From contig CAVYSW010000003.1 of the NCBI GenBank assembly GCA_963771275.1, forward strand, positions 160,001 to 224,000: a stretch of 64,000 nt of DNA, read 5' to 3'. A program made the translations under genes and the position numbers. The notes below the pieces were generated by a model that was not told the DNA's origin, did no database searches, and worked only from the letters and a program-made list of their open reading frames with translations. Position 1 is the first letter of the stretch. Each line of letters starts with the position of its first letter. The DNA comes from an uncultured Gemmatimonadales bacterium. GTDB lineage: Bacteria > Gemmatimonadota > Gemmatimonadetes > Gemmatimonadales > GWC2-71-9. Positions 1 to 9,650 of the stretch are shown piece after piece.

Positions 1-75
1 GATGAACGGCAGCAGCGCGATGACCGGGGCCAGCCCGATGCGCGCCAGCGTGATGATGTTGGGCAGCGTCCACAT
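1..75 (-). CDS. pgsA: CDP-alcohol phosphatidyltransferase (PgsA-like), 5' portion only, runs off window
   Basis: ATG at 75 gives MWTLPNIITLARIGLAPVIALLPFI, the typical PgsA N-terminus (PNxxTxxRI). Confidence 0.8.
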   Translation of the reverse strand, partial: MWTLPNIITLARIGLAPVIALLPFI

Positions 76-84
76 CGGGCCGCC

Positions 85-759
85 CTAGCTCAGCGTCTTC
101 AACACGATCTTGGCGATCGCCTTGAGGGTGTCGAACACGCCCTCCCCGCTCACCGCCACGGACTCGAAGTACGGTGCGCGCTCGATCCAGGTCCCGTCGA
201 CCTCGTGAATCAGGTACTCGCCCGGGTGGTACGGATCCACCACGAGCCGCTGCTTGGCGGAATCGTCCAGCGGCCACCCGGGATTGAGCGCGAGCTGCAG
301 GTCCTTGATCGGGGCCGCGTTGGGCAGGTCCCGCTTGTTGTACTGCACGACGAACGGGATCTTCGTCAGGTCGTATCCGTACTGCGCCATGTTATCGTAC
401 AGATTCTGCATCGACTCGATGTTGGCCTCCATCCGCTCGATTTGGCTGTCGGCCACGAACACGACCCCGTCGACCCCTTTGAGGATCAGCTTGCGGGAGG
501 CGTTGTAGTACACCTGGCCCGGCACGGTATAGAGGTGGAATCGCGTCTTGAACCCCCGGACGGTCCCGAGGTCCACCGGCAGAAAGTCGAAGAACAGCGT
601 CCGCTCGGTCTCCGTCGCCAGCGACACCATCTTGCCGCGCGTGTCGGGCGAGACCTTGGTATAGACGTGCTCCAGATTCGTCGTCTTCCCGCCCAGTCCC
701 GGACCGTAGTAGACCAACTTGCAGTTGATCTCCCGGGAGGCGTAGTTGATCATCGACAT
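85..759 (-). CDS. mglA: MglA small Ras-like GTPase (gliding motility/polarity)
   Basis: [53 protein letters not shown] motifs. Confidence 0.95.
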   Translation of the reverse strand: MSMINYASREINCKLVYYGPGLGGKTTNLEHVYTKVSPDTRGKMVSLATETERTLFFDFLPVDLGTVRGFKTRFHLYTVPGQVYYNASRKLILKGVDGVVFVADSQIERMEANIESMQNLYDNMAQYGYDLTKIPFVVQYNKRDLPNAAPIKDLQLALNPGWPLDDSAKQRLVVDPYHPGEYLIHEVDGTWIERAPYFESVAVSGEGVFDTLKAIAKIVLKTLS

Positions 760-777
760 GCGTTGGCCGCCCTCGCG

Positions 778-1269
778 CTAGTCCCCGAAGAGCTTGTCGA
801 TCTCGTCTTCCGCGCCCTCAAGCAGCGGTCGCCGCTGCTCGGGCCCACCCGACGCGTAGCGGCTGAACAGCTCCTCGAAAGTCTTGGCGAGATCGTGGAC
901 GGTCCGCTTCACCCGCAGCCGCACCAGGCCGACGGTCGTGCGCTCGTCGAACAGGACGACCAGGATCACGCGGCGCCCGACGTCGGCGAGATACATCGAC
1001 TCCTTTTCCCCCTGGTGGAACAAGGAGGCGAACTCCGGCTCGCCGATCATCTTGGCGAGCTGATCGTTGGCGCTGAAGTCCGCCGCCGTCAGCGACGCGA
1101 ACGCCGCGGAATCGAACTGGAGCTGCTCGCCCACGCTCGCCAGCAGCTGCCCCGTCCGGTCCACCAGCAGCGCGCAGCGCGCGCTCGACTCCCGCAGCAA
1201 GCCGCTGAGCTGCTCGGTGATGCGCTGATGGTCGCTTTCACCGAGCGACCATGTGCCGGCACCAGTCAT
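778..1269 (-). CDS. mglB: MglB Roadblock/LC7 GTPase-activating protein
   Basis: ALLVDRTGQ, LAKMIGEPEFASLFHQGEKESMY, VGLVRLRVK; directly upstream of mglA. Confidence 0.92.
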   Translation of the reverse strand: MTGAGTWSLGESDHQRITEQLSGLLRESSARCALLVDRTGQLLASVGEQLQFDSAAFASLTAADFSANDQLAKMIGEPEFASLFHQGEKESMYLADVGRRVILVVLFDERTTVGLVRLRVKRTVHDLAKTFEELFSRYASGGPEQRRPLLEGAEDEIDKLFGD

Positions 1270-1281
1270 CGCCCCCCCGCG

Positions 1282-1551
1282 TCAGGCGAGTTTGCCTTCC
1301 ATGCGCCGCACGAGGGCCTCCGCCCGTCGGCGCAGCATCGGCTGCTGTTCCCACGCGATGTAGTCGCGCAGCAGTCGCACCGTCTCCACCGTCGGATGCG
1401 CGCTGAGGTAGCCGAGCGCGGACAGCCGCTTGAGCGGCCGGCCGCTGAACAGCGCGCGCCGATACCGGCTGAGCGAGTGCTGCGCGAGCACGACGCCGGT
1501 CACGAGGCCGAGCCCGAGCGCCGCGAGCAGCACCTTCACCCGTGTTCTCAT
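1282..1551 (-). CDS. small hypothetical membrane-anchored protein (N-terminal TM plus helical HEAT-like segment)
   Basis: ATG overlaps recR stop (ATGA); MRTRVKVLLAALGLGLVTGVVLA...RLSALGYL. Confidence 0.7.
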   Translation of the reverse strand: MRTRVKVLLAALGLGLVTGVVLAQHSLSRYRRALFSGRPLKRLSALGYLSAHPTVETVRLLRDYIAWEQQPMLRRRAEALVRRMEGKLA

Positions 1552-2147
1552 CCGTTCCCCATCTCCCGCCGCGCCGCCAGCGCGCGGGCGATCGTCACGC
1601 CATCCGCATACTCCAGCTCCCCGCCGACCGGCAGGCCCAGCGCGATCCGCGTTACCCGGACGGCACGTGGTGCCAGGGCGCCGCGCACCCAGGTGGCCGT
1701 CACTTCCCCTTCCATCGACGGGTTGGTCGCGAGGATCACCTCCCGTACCGTCGAGCCGTTGCCGAGCCGCGCCAGCAGACCCTCGATCCGCAGGTCGCCG
1801 GGCCCGACCCCGTCGAGTGGCGACAGGCGCCCGCCGAGCACGTGATACAGGCCGCGGAACTCCCCGGTCCGCTCGATCGCCCCGATGTCCGAGGCCTCCT
1901 CCACGACGCAGACGACCGATCGGTCGCGGCGCGGATCCGCGCAGATCGGGCAGGTATCGCCCTCGCACAGGTTGCCGCAGGTCGCGCAGGCACGCACGCG
2001 CTCCGCCACGGCCCGAATCGCTTCCGCCAACCGTGACACGGCGACGGGCGGCTGTTTCAGCAAATGATACGTGAGCCGGGTTGCGGTTTTCCGGCCGATC
2101 CCGGGGAGCTTCGCGAGCTCCGCAGCGAGCTCGTCGATGACCGACAC
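1548..2147 (-). CDS. recR: recombination mediator RecR
   Basis: LPGIGRKTA HhH, CATC..CPIC zinc finger, YHVLGGRLSPLDG, EVILATNP toprim. Confidence 0.97.
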   Translation of the reverse strand: MSVIDELAAELAKLPGIGRKTATRLTYHLLKQPPVAVSRLAEAIRAVAERVRACATCGNLCEGDTCPICADPRRDRSVVCVVEEASDIGAIERTGEFRGLYHVLGGRLSPLDGVGPGDLRIEGLLARLGNGSTVREVILATNPSMEGEVTATWVRGALAPRAVRVTRIALGLPVGGELEYADGVTIARALAARREMGNG

Positions 2148-2150
2148 GGG

Positions 2151-2468
2151 TTACAACGGAAGCTGAAACGGAAGCGGCAGTCCCCCGGTCGCCTTGCGGA
2201 GCTCTTCGCGGTAGAGCTCCTCGGCCCGCCGCTGCGCGTCGGCGATCGCCGCGAGCACCAGATCCTCCAGCATCTCGACGTCCCCGCCGGCGACGGCCGC
2301 CGGGTCGATCTTGAGCGTACGGACCTGCCCGCGGCCGTCTGCGGTGACGGTCACCATCCCACCACCCGCGGAGCCCTGAACGCTCCGTTGCAGCAGGTCG
2401 GTCTGCATCTGCGAGAGCCGGCCCTGCATCTGCTGGCCGAGCTGCAGTAATTGCGAAAAGTCTGCCAT
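2151..2468 (-). CDS. ybaB: YbaB/EbfC nucleoid-associated protein
   Basis: GSAGGGMVTV, IDP, DVEMLEDLVLAAI; between dnaX and recR. Confidence 0.93.
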   Translation of the reverse strand: MADFSQLLQLGQQMQGRLSQMQTDLLQRSVQGSAGGGMVTVTADGRGQVRTLKIDPAAVAGGDVEMLEDLVLAAIADAQRRAEELYREELRKATGGLPLPFQLPL

Positions 2469-2508
2469 AGTGTGCGAATGCGCCTGCGTCGGTGTTGAAG
2501 CCTCGTGC

Positions 2509-2537
2509 AAGGTACCGCCCCCCTAGGGGCACCGCAA
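2509..2537 (-). promoter_or_regulatory. sigma70-type promoter for ybaB-recR-mglBA
   Basis: TTGCGG-17 bp-TACCTT on minus strand. Confidence 0.55.
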
Positions 2538-2538
2538 G

Positions 2539-4209
2539 CTAGTCGAGAAGCTCCAGATCGAGGGCCTCGGCAACCGCGTCAAGTGCTTGATCCTTCGCAC
2601 GATAGGCCCTGAGCCGCTGGTCGCGCTCCGACTGCTGGTCGAGCCGCCGGGCCGGCCCGGCACCGCCCGCGCTCTCGCGGCCGCGAGCGCCGCCGGCGGA
2701 CGGGAACACCACCCGCACCTGGGCGGAGAACACGGCGCTCATGGCCGCCTCGATCTCCCGCCGGTTCTTCTCGAGGCCGGGCAGATACACGTCCGTGTCG
2801 CCGTCGCTCACGGCGAGAACCACGTCCCGCCCGCGGACGTCGACCACCTGCACGTGACCCAGCGCCGCTGCGAGCATCGGGCGGCGTTGGGCGAGGCTCT
2901 CGCACAGGCCGCCCCACCGCTGGCGCACCGTGTCGAGCGAGAGCGCGGCCCCCGCGACCGGACCGCCGTCCCGCAGCAGCGCGCGCTCCGGGACGGCGGC
3001 GGGTGCCCCCTGCTCTCGGGCCGGCGCCGGCCCCGCTCCCGCCGGCTCCCGCGGGGGCAGCCCCCCCAGGGCCGCGAGCACCTGGTCGAGCTCCACCGTC
3101 CGGTCGAGCAGCGCGAGCCGCAGCAGCAGCGTCTCCACCGCGAGCCGCGCATTGGCGCTGCGCCGGATCGCCGTCTCGGCCTCCTGCAGCAGATGCAGCA
3201 TCCGGAGCACGTCCCCGGCGGAGAACTGCGGCGCCGTGCGGTCAATCACCTGGCGCAGCGCATCCGTGAGCCCCTGCGGCTCGCCACCCAGCAGTCGGAT
3301 CGCGAGCGCCCGCAGCACCTCCCCCAGACCATTCACGAACTCGGCGAGATCGGCGCCCGACTCGACGAGGCGCGCCACGAAGGGGAACACCGTCTCCGGA
3401 CGATGCCGGGCGACGGCGTCCAGCAGCTCGGCGTAGAGCTCGTCGGCGATCAGGCCCAGCGCGTCGCGCACCCGATCCGCCGTCACCGCCCCTTCGCCGA
3501 ACGCCAGCGCCTGATCCAGCAGGGAGAGTGCGTCCCGCATGCCTCCGGCCGCCACGCGCGCGATCAGGACGAGCGCGTCGTCCTCGGCCGTCACACCCTC
3601 GGCGGTCACGACCGCGCGCAGCCGGTCGACGATCACCTGGGGCCCGAGCCGCCGGAAGTCGAACCGCTGGACGCGGCTCAGCACGGGGGCGGCGGTGTTG
3701 GCGATCTTCTGCGGCTCGGTCGTGGCGAACACGAACACCACGCGCGGGGGCGGCTCCTCGAGGATCTTGAGCAGCGCGTTCCACGCCTCGCGCGTCAGCA
3801 TGTGGGCTTCGTCGATGATGTAGACCTTGTGCCGCTCGGGGCCGCTGGCGGCGTACATCGCCCGCTCGCGCAGCTCGCGCGCGTCGTCGACGCCGCGGTT
3901 GCTGGCGGCGTCGATCTCCACGACGTCGAGATTGGCCGAGCCTGCCCAGATGCGACGGCAGGAATCGCACGTACCGCACGGCTCCCCGTCGGGCACGTCG
4001 GGCGTGCCGCGGCGCTCGCAGTTGAGCGCCATCGCGAGGATGCGGGCGGCCGAGGTTTTACCGACGCCGCGCGGGCCGGTCAGCAGGTAGGCGTGGGCCA
4101 CGCGCTGCTTCGCCACCGCCCCCCGGAGGCCGGCGGCGACGTGCTCCTGGGCGATCAGGTCGCCGAAGCGGGTCGGACGGTATTTGCGCGCGAGCGCGGT
4201 GTGTGTCAT
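2539..4209 (-). CDS. dnaX: DNA polymerase III subunit gamma/tau
   Basis: ALARKYRP, GPRGVGKTS, EIDAASNRG, IIDEAHML, LLKILEEPP; start placed at MTHTALARKY. Confidence 0.97.
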   Translation of the reverse strand: MTHTALARKYRPTRFGDLIAQEHVAAGLRGAVAKQRVAHAYLLTGPRGVGKTSAARILAMALNCERRGTPDVPDGEPCGTCDSCRRIWAGSANLDVVEIDAASNRGVDDARELRERAMYAASGPERHKVYIIDEAHMLTREAWNALLKILEEPPPRVVFVFATTEPQKIANTAAPVLSRVQRFDFRRLGPQVIVDRLRAVVTAEGVTAEDDALVLIARVAAGGMRDALSLLDQALAFGEGAVTADRVRDALGLIADELYAELLDAVARHRPETVFPFVARLVESGADLAEFVNGLGEVLRALAIRLLGGEPQGLTDALRQVIDRTAPQFSAGDVLRMLHLLQEAETAIRRSANARLAVETLLLRLALLDRTVELDQVLAALGGLPPREPAGAGPAPAREQGAPAAVPERALLRDGGPVAGAALSLDTVRQRWGGLCESLAQRRPMLAAALGHVQVVDVRGRDVVLAVSDGDTDVYLPGLEKNRREIEAAMSAVFSAQVRVVFPSAGGARGRESAGGAGPARRLDQQSERDQRLRAYRAKDQALDAVAEALDLELLD

Positions 4210-4224
4210 CGAGAGCAAGAAAGT

Positions 4225-4321
4225 GCCCCAGGCTCCCCGAAGCGACGTCTGACATCGCTTAGCGCTGCTACCTGCACGGTCCTGACGCGGTTCGCGCGCA
4301 TACGCCCTTCGGACCTGGGGC
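4225..4321 (-). ncRNA. ffs: signal recognition particle RNA (4.5S)
   Basis: Terminal stem GCCCCAGG/CCTGGGGC and domain IV GAACCGCGTCAGGACC-GTGCA-GGTAGCAGCGCTAAGCG; usual position upstream of dnaX. Confidence 0.9.
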
Positions 4322-4393
4322 GAATGAAAACTACCACCGGCCCCCGCCTCCAACCACCCCCGCGCCGAAACCGGGCCTCGCGTCTGGCGGAGG

Positions 4394-5065
4394 CTACTCC
4401 CCCGGGCCCTGCGAGCGGGCCAACATCGTCCGGATCGTATCGTCCTTCCCCGCCACGATCGCGACGTCCGACTCGCGCAGCTTGCGATCGGGATCCGCCA
4501 CCACCTCGAAAGTCCCGGTCAGCACGTCCTGCAGCGCGACGACCTGGATGCCGTACGTGGCCGGCAGGGCCAGCTCGCGCAGCGACTTGCCGAGCCAGCC
4601 GTCCGGGATGGCCACCTCCTGAATCGAGAAACCCGGGCCGAGGGGTACGTACTCGAGGATGCTTTTCGACGTGATGCGGTGCGCCAGTCGGTCCGCCACC
4701 TCGCGCTCGGGGAAGATCGTCTCCCGCACGTCAAACGCCTCGAGCGCGCGAGCGGCTTCGGTGCTCCCCACCTTCACGTAGATCTCTTTCACGCCCAGAT
4801 CGCGCAGCGCGAGCGTCGCCAGGATGCTCGTGGCGAGGTCCTCGCCCGTACTGACGATGGCGGCGTTCGCGCCCTCGGCTCCGACCTGACGCAACAGGTC
4901 CCGGTCGGTGGCGTCTCCCACCACCGCGACCGTGACCTTGCTCTGGTAGTGGTCCACCAGTCGCTGATCCCGCTCGATGGCGATCACGTCGTGGCCCTGC
5001 GCGTACAGGGCCCGCGCGACCCACGCCCCGAAATGCCCGAGTCCCACCACCACGAACCGTTGCAT
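4394..5065 (-). CDS. trkA: TrkA/KtrA potassium uptake NAD-binding subunit
   Basis: VVVGLGHFG Rossmann motif, GDATD, IFPERE, C-terminal RCK domain. Confidence 0.92.
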   Translation of the reverse strand: MQRFVVVGLGHFGAWVARALYAQGHDVIAIERDQRLVDHYQSKVTVAVVGDATDRDLLRQVGAEGANAAIVSTGEDLATSILATLALRDLGVKEIYVKVGSTEAARALEAFDVRETIFPEREVADRLAHRITSKSILEYVPLGPGFSIQEVAIPDGWLGKSLRELALPATYGIQVVALQDVLTGTFEVVADPDRKLRESDVAIVAGKDDTIRTMLARSQGPGE

Positions 5066-5092
5066 GCGTCCACACTCCCCGGGCCAGCGGCC

Positions 5093-6484
5093 TCAGCCGA
5101 CAGCCACGTTGTCATAGGCATACCGGAACGGGACCCGCCGCTCCCGCGCCAGGGCCATCGCCGCCGCCAGGCTGAGCGGGCCCACCCGTCCGACGAACAT
5201 CAGCAGCGTGATGATGATCCGGCCGCTCGGCGTCAGCTCGGGCGTCTTGTTCATGGACAGCCCCACCGTGCCGAACGCGCTGTTCGCCTCGAAGACGAGG
5301 CGCGCGAACTCGTTGCGCGCGGTCGCCGTCGTCATCGGCTCCGTGAGCAACAGCAGGAATACACCTGTCGCGAGGATTGCCATCGCGGCCACGACCAGCC
5401 CCGCGGCGCTCTGTATCACATCCTCCCGCACCGTGTGCCCCTTCACCGACACGTGGCGGCGGCCGCGGAGCCGCGCCGCGAGCAGCAGCAGCAGCACGCT
5501 CACCGTCGTGGTCTTGACGCCTCCGGCCGTGCCCCCGGGCGACCCGCCGATGAACATCAGCCCCACGGTCGTCGCGTACGCAGGGTTCGACACCCGGTCG
5601 TAGTCCACGCTGTTGAAGCCCGCCGTGCGCGGCGTGATCGCCATGAAGATGGCGTTGGCCGCACGATCCCCCTGCGACAGGCCCTGCAGCGTGTGCGGTG
5701 CCTCGGACACCTGGATGATGAGCGCGGCGCCGACGACGATCACCGCCGTGGCTCCGAGCGCCAGGCGCGAGTGCGTGGACAGCCGCCGCGCCGTGCGCGT
5801 CACGTACCGCGCCCGTAGGTCCTCCAGGACGACGAAGCCGATCCCGCCCAGCAGGATCAGGCCGCCGATCGACAGCAGGATCGCCGGCGAGCCGCGCCAG
5901 CCAACCAGGTTGTCGCTGAACGTGGAGAAGCCGGCGTTGCAGAATGCCGAGATCGCGTGGAAGACCGCGTGCCACACGGCAGGCCCGGCGCCCAGCGGAC
6001 CCCGCCACAGGAGCCACAGGACCGCCGCCCCAACGGCCTCGATGCCGAACGTGAGGGCAAACACCGACCGCATCATCGCGCCGGTGGTGCCGACATCGGC
6101 ACCGACACCGGTGCCAACTGCCGCCTCCACATCGAGCCCGCTGCGCCGTCCCAGCACGCGGATGATGAGCGTGGCGAAGGTTAGGATGCCGAGCCCGCCC
6201 GCCTGGATGAGGAGCAGGAGCCACGCCTGTCCCCAGAACGTGAAGGAGGCTGCCGTGTCCACGACCGTGAGGCCGGTGACGCACACCGCGCTGGCCGCCG
6301 TGAACACGGCGTCGATGACGCCGAGCCGTGGCCCTGTGTAGAGCCCCGGAAGCACCAGCAGCCCCAGCGTCCCGGTCAGGATGAGCCCGGCGAAGGACAG
6401 CACGAAGAGCCGGACCCCCGAGATGTGTCCCCAGCGCCCCCGACGGCGTTCCGGCTGGGTGAACAGCGCGACGTCGAACCGCAC
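5093..6484 (-). CDS. trkH: TrkH/KtrB potassium uptake membrane subunit
   Basis: SAVCVTGL, SAFCNAGFS, TPRTAGFN, SAFGTVGLS pore loops; GTG overlaps ltaE stop. Confidence 0.92.
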   Translation of the reverse strand: MRFDVALFTQPERRRGRWGHISGVRLFVLSFAGLILTGTLGLLVLPGLYTGPRLGVIDAVFTAASAVCVTGLTVVDTAASFTFWGQAWLLLLIQAGGLGILTFATLIIRVLGRRSGLDVEAAVGTGVGADVGTTGAMMRSVFALTFGIEAVGAAVLWLLWRGPLGAGPAVWHAVFHAISAFCNAGFSTFSDNLVGWRGSPAILLSIGGLILLGGIGFVVLEDLRARYVTRTARRLSTHSRLALGATAVIVVGAALIIQVSEAPHTLQGLSQGDRAANAIFMAITPRTAGFNSVDYDRVSNPAYATTVGLMFIGGSPGGTAGGVKTTTVSVLLLLLAARLRGRRHVSVKGHTVREDVIQSAAGLVVAAMAILATGVFLLLLTEPMTTATARNEFARLVFEANSAFGTVGLSMNKTPELTPSGRIIITLLMFVGRVGPLSLAAAMALARERRVPFRYAYDNVAVG

Positions 6485-7503
6485 TAGGCGAGCACGCGCG
6501 CGATGATGTCCGCCGCCCGCGCCACCATCTCTGGCGTCACGTCGAGGTGGGTGACCGCCCGGAGACGGGTCGGGCCGAACGAGACCACCAGCACGCCGGC
6601 GTCCGCGAGCAGCCGGACGGCGTCGTCGGCCCGGTGCGTCCGCAAATCGAGCATCACGATGTTCGTGGCGGGCGGCCGCGCGACGATGGCGGGATGCCCC
6701 GCGAGACGCTCCGCGAGGATCCGCGCCGAGGCGTGATCGTCGGCAATGCGCGGCAGCGTGTGCTCGAGGGCGTGGAGGCACGCAGCGGTGAGGATGCCCG
6801 ACTGCCGCATACCACCCCCCAGGCGCTTGCGGATCGTCCACCCTTCGTGGAGCAGGTCCCGCGGCCCCGCGAGGCACGACCCCACCGGGCACCCGAGCCC
6901 CTTGCTGAAGCTCACCATCACCGTCGTCGCGATGGCGCCCAGGACGGCCGGGGCGACGCCCAGGGCGGCCGCCGCGTTCCACAGGCGGGCGCCGTCGAGA
7001 TGGAGCGGCAGCCCGTGACGGTCGGCCAGCGCCCGGAGGGCCCGCATGGTCTCGACGGGCATGACCGTGCCGCCGGCCGCGTTGTGCGTGTTCTCGATCG
7101 CGATCCCCCCGGTCCGCGGCACGTGCGGCGAGGACGGCCGGAGCGCGGCCTCGACCAACTCCGGGGTGAGCGTCCCGTCCGGGGTGACGACGGGGCGCGG
7201 CTGCACGCCCCACAGCGCGGCGAGGCCACCCATCTCGTAGTGGAAGAGATGCGCATTGGCCTCGAGGATCAGCTCGTGTCCGCGCCGCACGTGGAGCGCG
7301 ACGCCCGTCTGGTTCGCCTGCGTGCCCGACGGGAAGAACAGGGCGGCTTCCTGCCCCAGCAGCGCCGCGACCTGCTCCTCGAGCCGCTGCGTGGTGGGGT
7401 CGTGCTCCAGCACGTCGTCCCCGACTTCCGCGCCGGCCATGGCGCGCCGCATCGCCGCCGAGGGGCGGGTGACCGTATCACTGCGCAGATCGATCGGCAT
7501 CAT
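6484..7503 (-). CDS. ltaE: low-specificity L-threonine aldolase (PLP-dependent)
   Basis: IDLRSDTVT, PSGTQAN, ENTHN, HLDGARL, FSKGLG. Confidence 0.92.
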   Translation of the reverse strand: MMPIDLRSDTVTRPSAAMRRAMAGAEVGDDVLEHDPTTQRLEEQVAALLGQEAALFFPSGTQANQTGVALHVRRGHELILEANAHLFHYEMGGLAALWGVQPRPVVTPDGTLTPELVEAALRPSSPHVPRTGGIAIENTHNAAGGTVMPVETMRALRALADRHGLPLHLDGARLWNAAAALGVAPAVLGAIATTVMVSFSKGLGCPVGSCLAGPRDLLHEGWTIRKRLGGGMRQSGILTAACLHALEHTLPRIADDHASARILAERLAGHPAIVARPPATNIVMLDLRTHRADDAVRLLADAGVLVVSFGPTRLRAVTHLDVTPEMVARAADIIARVLA

Positions 7504-8375
7504 GAGAGCATCGCCCGTTGTTCCCGTTGTCGGCGGGCCAGATCGTACGTTTCCGCCACCTCGCCACCAGTGAGGAACACGAACGCCGTGACGTACACCC
7601 ATCCCACGAACAGCAGGAGCGCCACGGCGTTGCGGTTCGAGACCACCTGATCGAGCGTCGCGAACCGCGCGAGGTAGACCCCGAACAGCCGCTTGACGAG
7701 CTCGAACGCCAGCGAGGCGACCCCCGCCGCCACGAGGGCCGTGTCCCACTTGACCTTGCGACTTGGCGCCACCGTGTAGACGACGAAGAACAGCAGCAAC
7801 GCGACCCCGAAGGCCGAGAGGCCCGCCAGGAACCGCCCCAGCCAGGGCGCCCGCAGCACCAGCACCGTCATGATCGTGTTGGCGACGATCAGGATCGCGG
7901 CCGTAACCGCGAGGAGGACGTCAATCGCCTTGCCGTGGAGCAGGCCGCGCGTTTCCTCGGTGTCGAACACGTCGTTGAGCGCCGCCCGCACCGAGCCGAA
8001 CAGCCGCCAGGAGAACCACACGAAGAACGGCACGCCCCAGATCGACAGCTGCGCCCGGCTCTGCACCACCACGCCCACGACGTCGTCCACCACTCTGAGC
8101 GGGCTCGTGGCGCCCGGCGCCACCGGGAGGAAGCGTCCCAGCAGGCTGTGGACGTCCTCGACCGGATGCGCGGTATCGCCGACCACGTATCCGAAGATCG
8201 ACAAGGCGATGAACAGCAGGGGCAGGAGCCACAGCAGGGCGTCGAACGCCAGGGCGCTCGCGAGAAACGGGATGTTGTCTTCGTACGCGCCGACGAACAC
8301 GCGCCGCACGAAGCCGACCGGCGAGAACGCCCAGCCCCTCGGCGGCCCGCGGCGCGAGGCCTCGGCCCGCGCCAC
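7500..8375 (-). CDS. YihY/BrkB family inner membrane protein
   Basis: ASALAF, ALNDVF, multiple TM helices, LLFVGWVY...GGEV. Confidence 0.85.
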   Translation of the reverse strand: MARAEASRRGPPRGWAFSPVGFVRRVFVGAYEDNIPFLASALAFDALLWLLPLLFIALSIFGYVVGDTAHPVEDVHSLLGRFLPVAPGATSPLRVVDDVVGVVVQSRAQLSIWGVPFFVWFSWRLFGSVRAALNDVFDTEETRGLLHGKAIDVLLAVTAAILIVANTIMTVLVLRAPWLGRFLAGLSAFGVALLLFFVVYTVAPSRKVKWDTALVAAGVASLAFELVKRLFGVYLARFATLDQVVSNRNAVALLLFVGWVYVTAFVFLTGGEVAETYDLARRQREQRAMLS

Positions 8376-8377
8376 AG

Positions 8378-8806
8378 CTACTCGTCGGACTCGGCTTCGG
8401 CTTCCGCCGGACGCGACTGTGCGCGCTGCGCCCGCGCGTCCGCCAGGCGGCGCTCCAGCTCGTCGCGCGCGGTTCGCACCGCCGAGCGGCCGGCGCTGAC
8501 CGCGTCCCGCGCGTCCTCCCGCCGGGCGTCGATCGACCGCTTGGCGGACTGCAGACCCGCTTCGACACTCGCCTTCGTCCGCTCGTAGCCGGTCTCCACC
8601 ACCTCCTCGAGGTCGTGCAACCGGTCCTCCGCCGCCTCGCGCAGGCGCCGGCCCCGGGCCCGGAGCTGCGCCCGCGTCTCCGCACCGCTCTGCGGCGCGA
8701 ACAGGAGCGCGATCACCGCCCCCAGCGCGGCCCCCGCGAGAAAGGCCCCGATGCCCCCACCCTTCTCCACCACGACCACCGCTTCGTCGTCACGACGGCT
8801 GCCCAT
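8378..8806 (-). CDS. YtxH domain protein
   Basis: FLAGAALGAVIALLFAPQSGAETR motif; SD GAGGAGG upstream. Confidence 0.85.
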   Translation of the reverse strand: MGSRRDDEAVVVVEKGGGIGAFLAGAALGAVIALLFAPQSGAETRAQLRARGRRLREAAEDRLHDLEEVVETGYERTKASVEAGLQSAKRSIDARREDARDAVSAGRSAVRTARDELERRLADARAQRAQSRPAEAEAESDE

Positions 8807-8849
8807 TGCGCCTCCTCGAAGTGCCACGCGCGACTTCCCGCGTCGTATC

Positions 8850-8878
8850 AATGTACGCGGCGCCCGCAGGAGCGTCAA
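8850..8878 (-). promoter_or_regulatory. sigma70-type promoter for ytxH-yihY-ltaE-trkHA
   Basis: TTGACG-17 bp-TACATT. Confidence 0.65.
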
Positions 8879-9648
8879 AACGTCACGGTCAGCCCGTCAT
8901 GCGCCGGCTCGATCCCGGGCGGCAGCCGAGCGGCCAGGGCCGCGTACCCGTGTCGGTGGGTGAGATGCGTCAGCAGCGTGCGCTCCGCCCCGACCGCCCG
9001 GGCGACGTCGATGGCCTCCGGAATCGACAGGTGGGTCGGGTGCGGGCGATCGAACAGGGCGTTGAGCACGAGCACCCGGACCCCGCGCAGCCGGGCCACG
9101 ACGTCGGGCGGCACGCGCTGGGCGTCGGTCACGTAGCCCACCGGCCCGATGCGGTAGCCGTACACGTCGAGGTCCCCGTGCGGCACGACGAGCGGGAGCA
9201 CGGTCAGCCCCGCGATCTCCTGCGGCTCGCCCGGGGCGAGCGCCGTCGGTAGCAGCTCCGGCTTCGACGTCCCCGGTTGCGGCCGGACGCGCGGGTCGAA
9301 GATGTACGCAAAGCGCTGCGCCAGGCGGGCCAGCGTGTCGGCCGACCCGTAGACGGCCAGCGGCCCGCGCCGCGCGGAGATCGCCCGCAGATCGTCGATG
9401 CCATGCACGTGATCGGCGTGCTCGTGCGTGAACAGGACGGCGTCGACGTGGCCGATCCCGGCACCGAGCAGCTGCACCCGGAGCTCCGGCGGCGTGTCGA
9501 TCAGGATCCGCCGCCCGTCGTCACCCTCCACGACCGCCGCGACGCGGGTGCGCCGATCGCGGGGGTCGGGCGACGCACACACCGCGCAGTCGCACCCGAG
9601 GACCGGGACGCCGAACGACGTCCCGCATCCCAGCACGACGAGGCGCAC
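8875..9648 (-). CDS. MBL-fold metallohydrolase (PhnP-like)
   Basis: LGCGTSFGVP..CDCAVC, THEHADHVHG, YVTD, THLTH; GTG start at 9648. Confidence 0.88.
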   Translation of the reverse strand: MRLVVLGCGTSFGVPVLGCDCAVCASPDPRDRRTRVAAVVEGDDGRRILIDTPPELRVQLLGAGIGHVDAVLFTHEHADHVHGIDDLRAISARRGPLAVYGSADTLARLAQRFAYIFDPRVRPQPGTSKPELLPTALAPGEPQEIAGLTVLPLVVPHGDLDVYGYRIGPVGYVTDAQRVPPDVVARLRGVRVLVLNALFDRPHPTHLSIPEAIDVARAVGAERTLLTHLTHRHGYAALAARLPPGIEPAHDGLTVTF

Positions 9649-9650
9649 CG

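Noticed and set aside
2539..4209. Programmed dnaX frameshift site
   Set aside because: No A-AAA-AAG or poly-A/T slippery run seen
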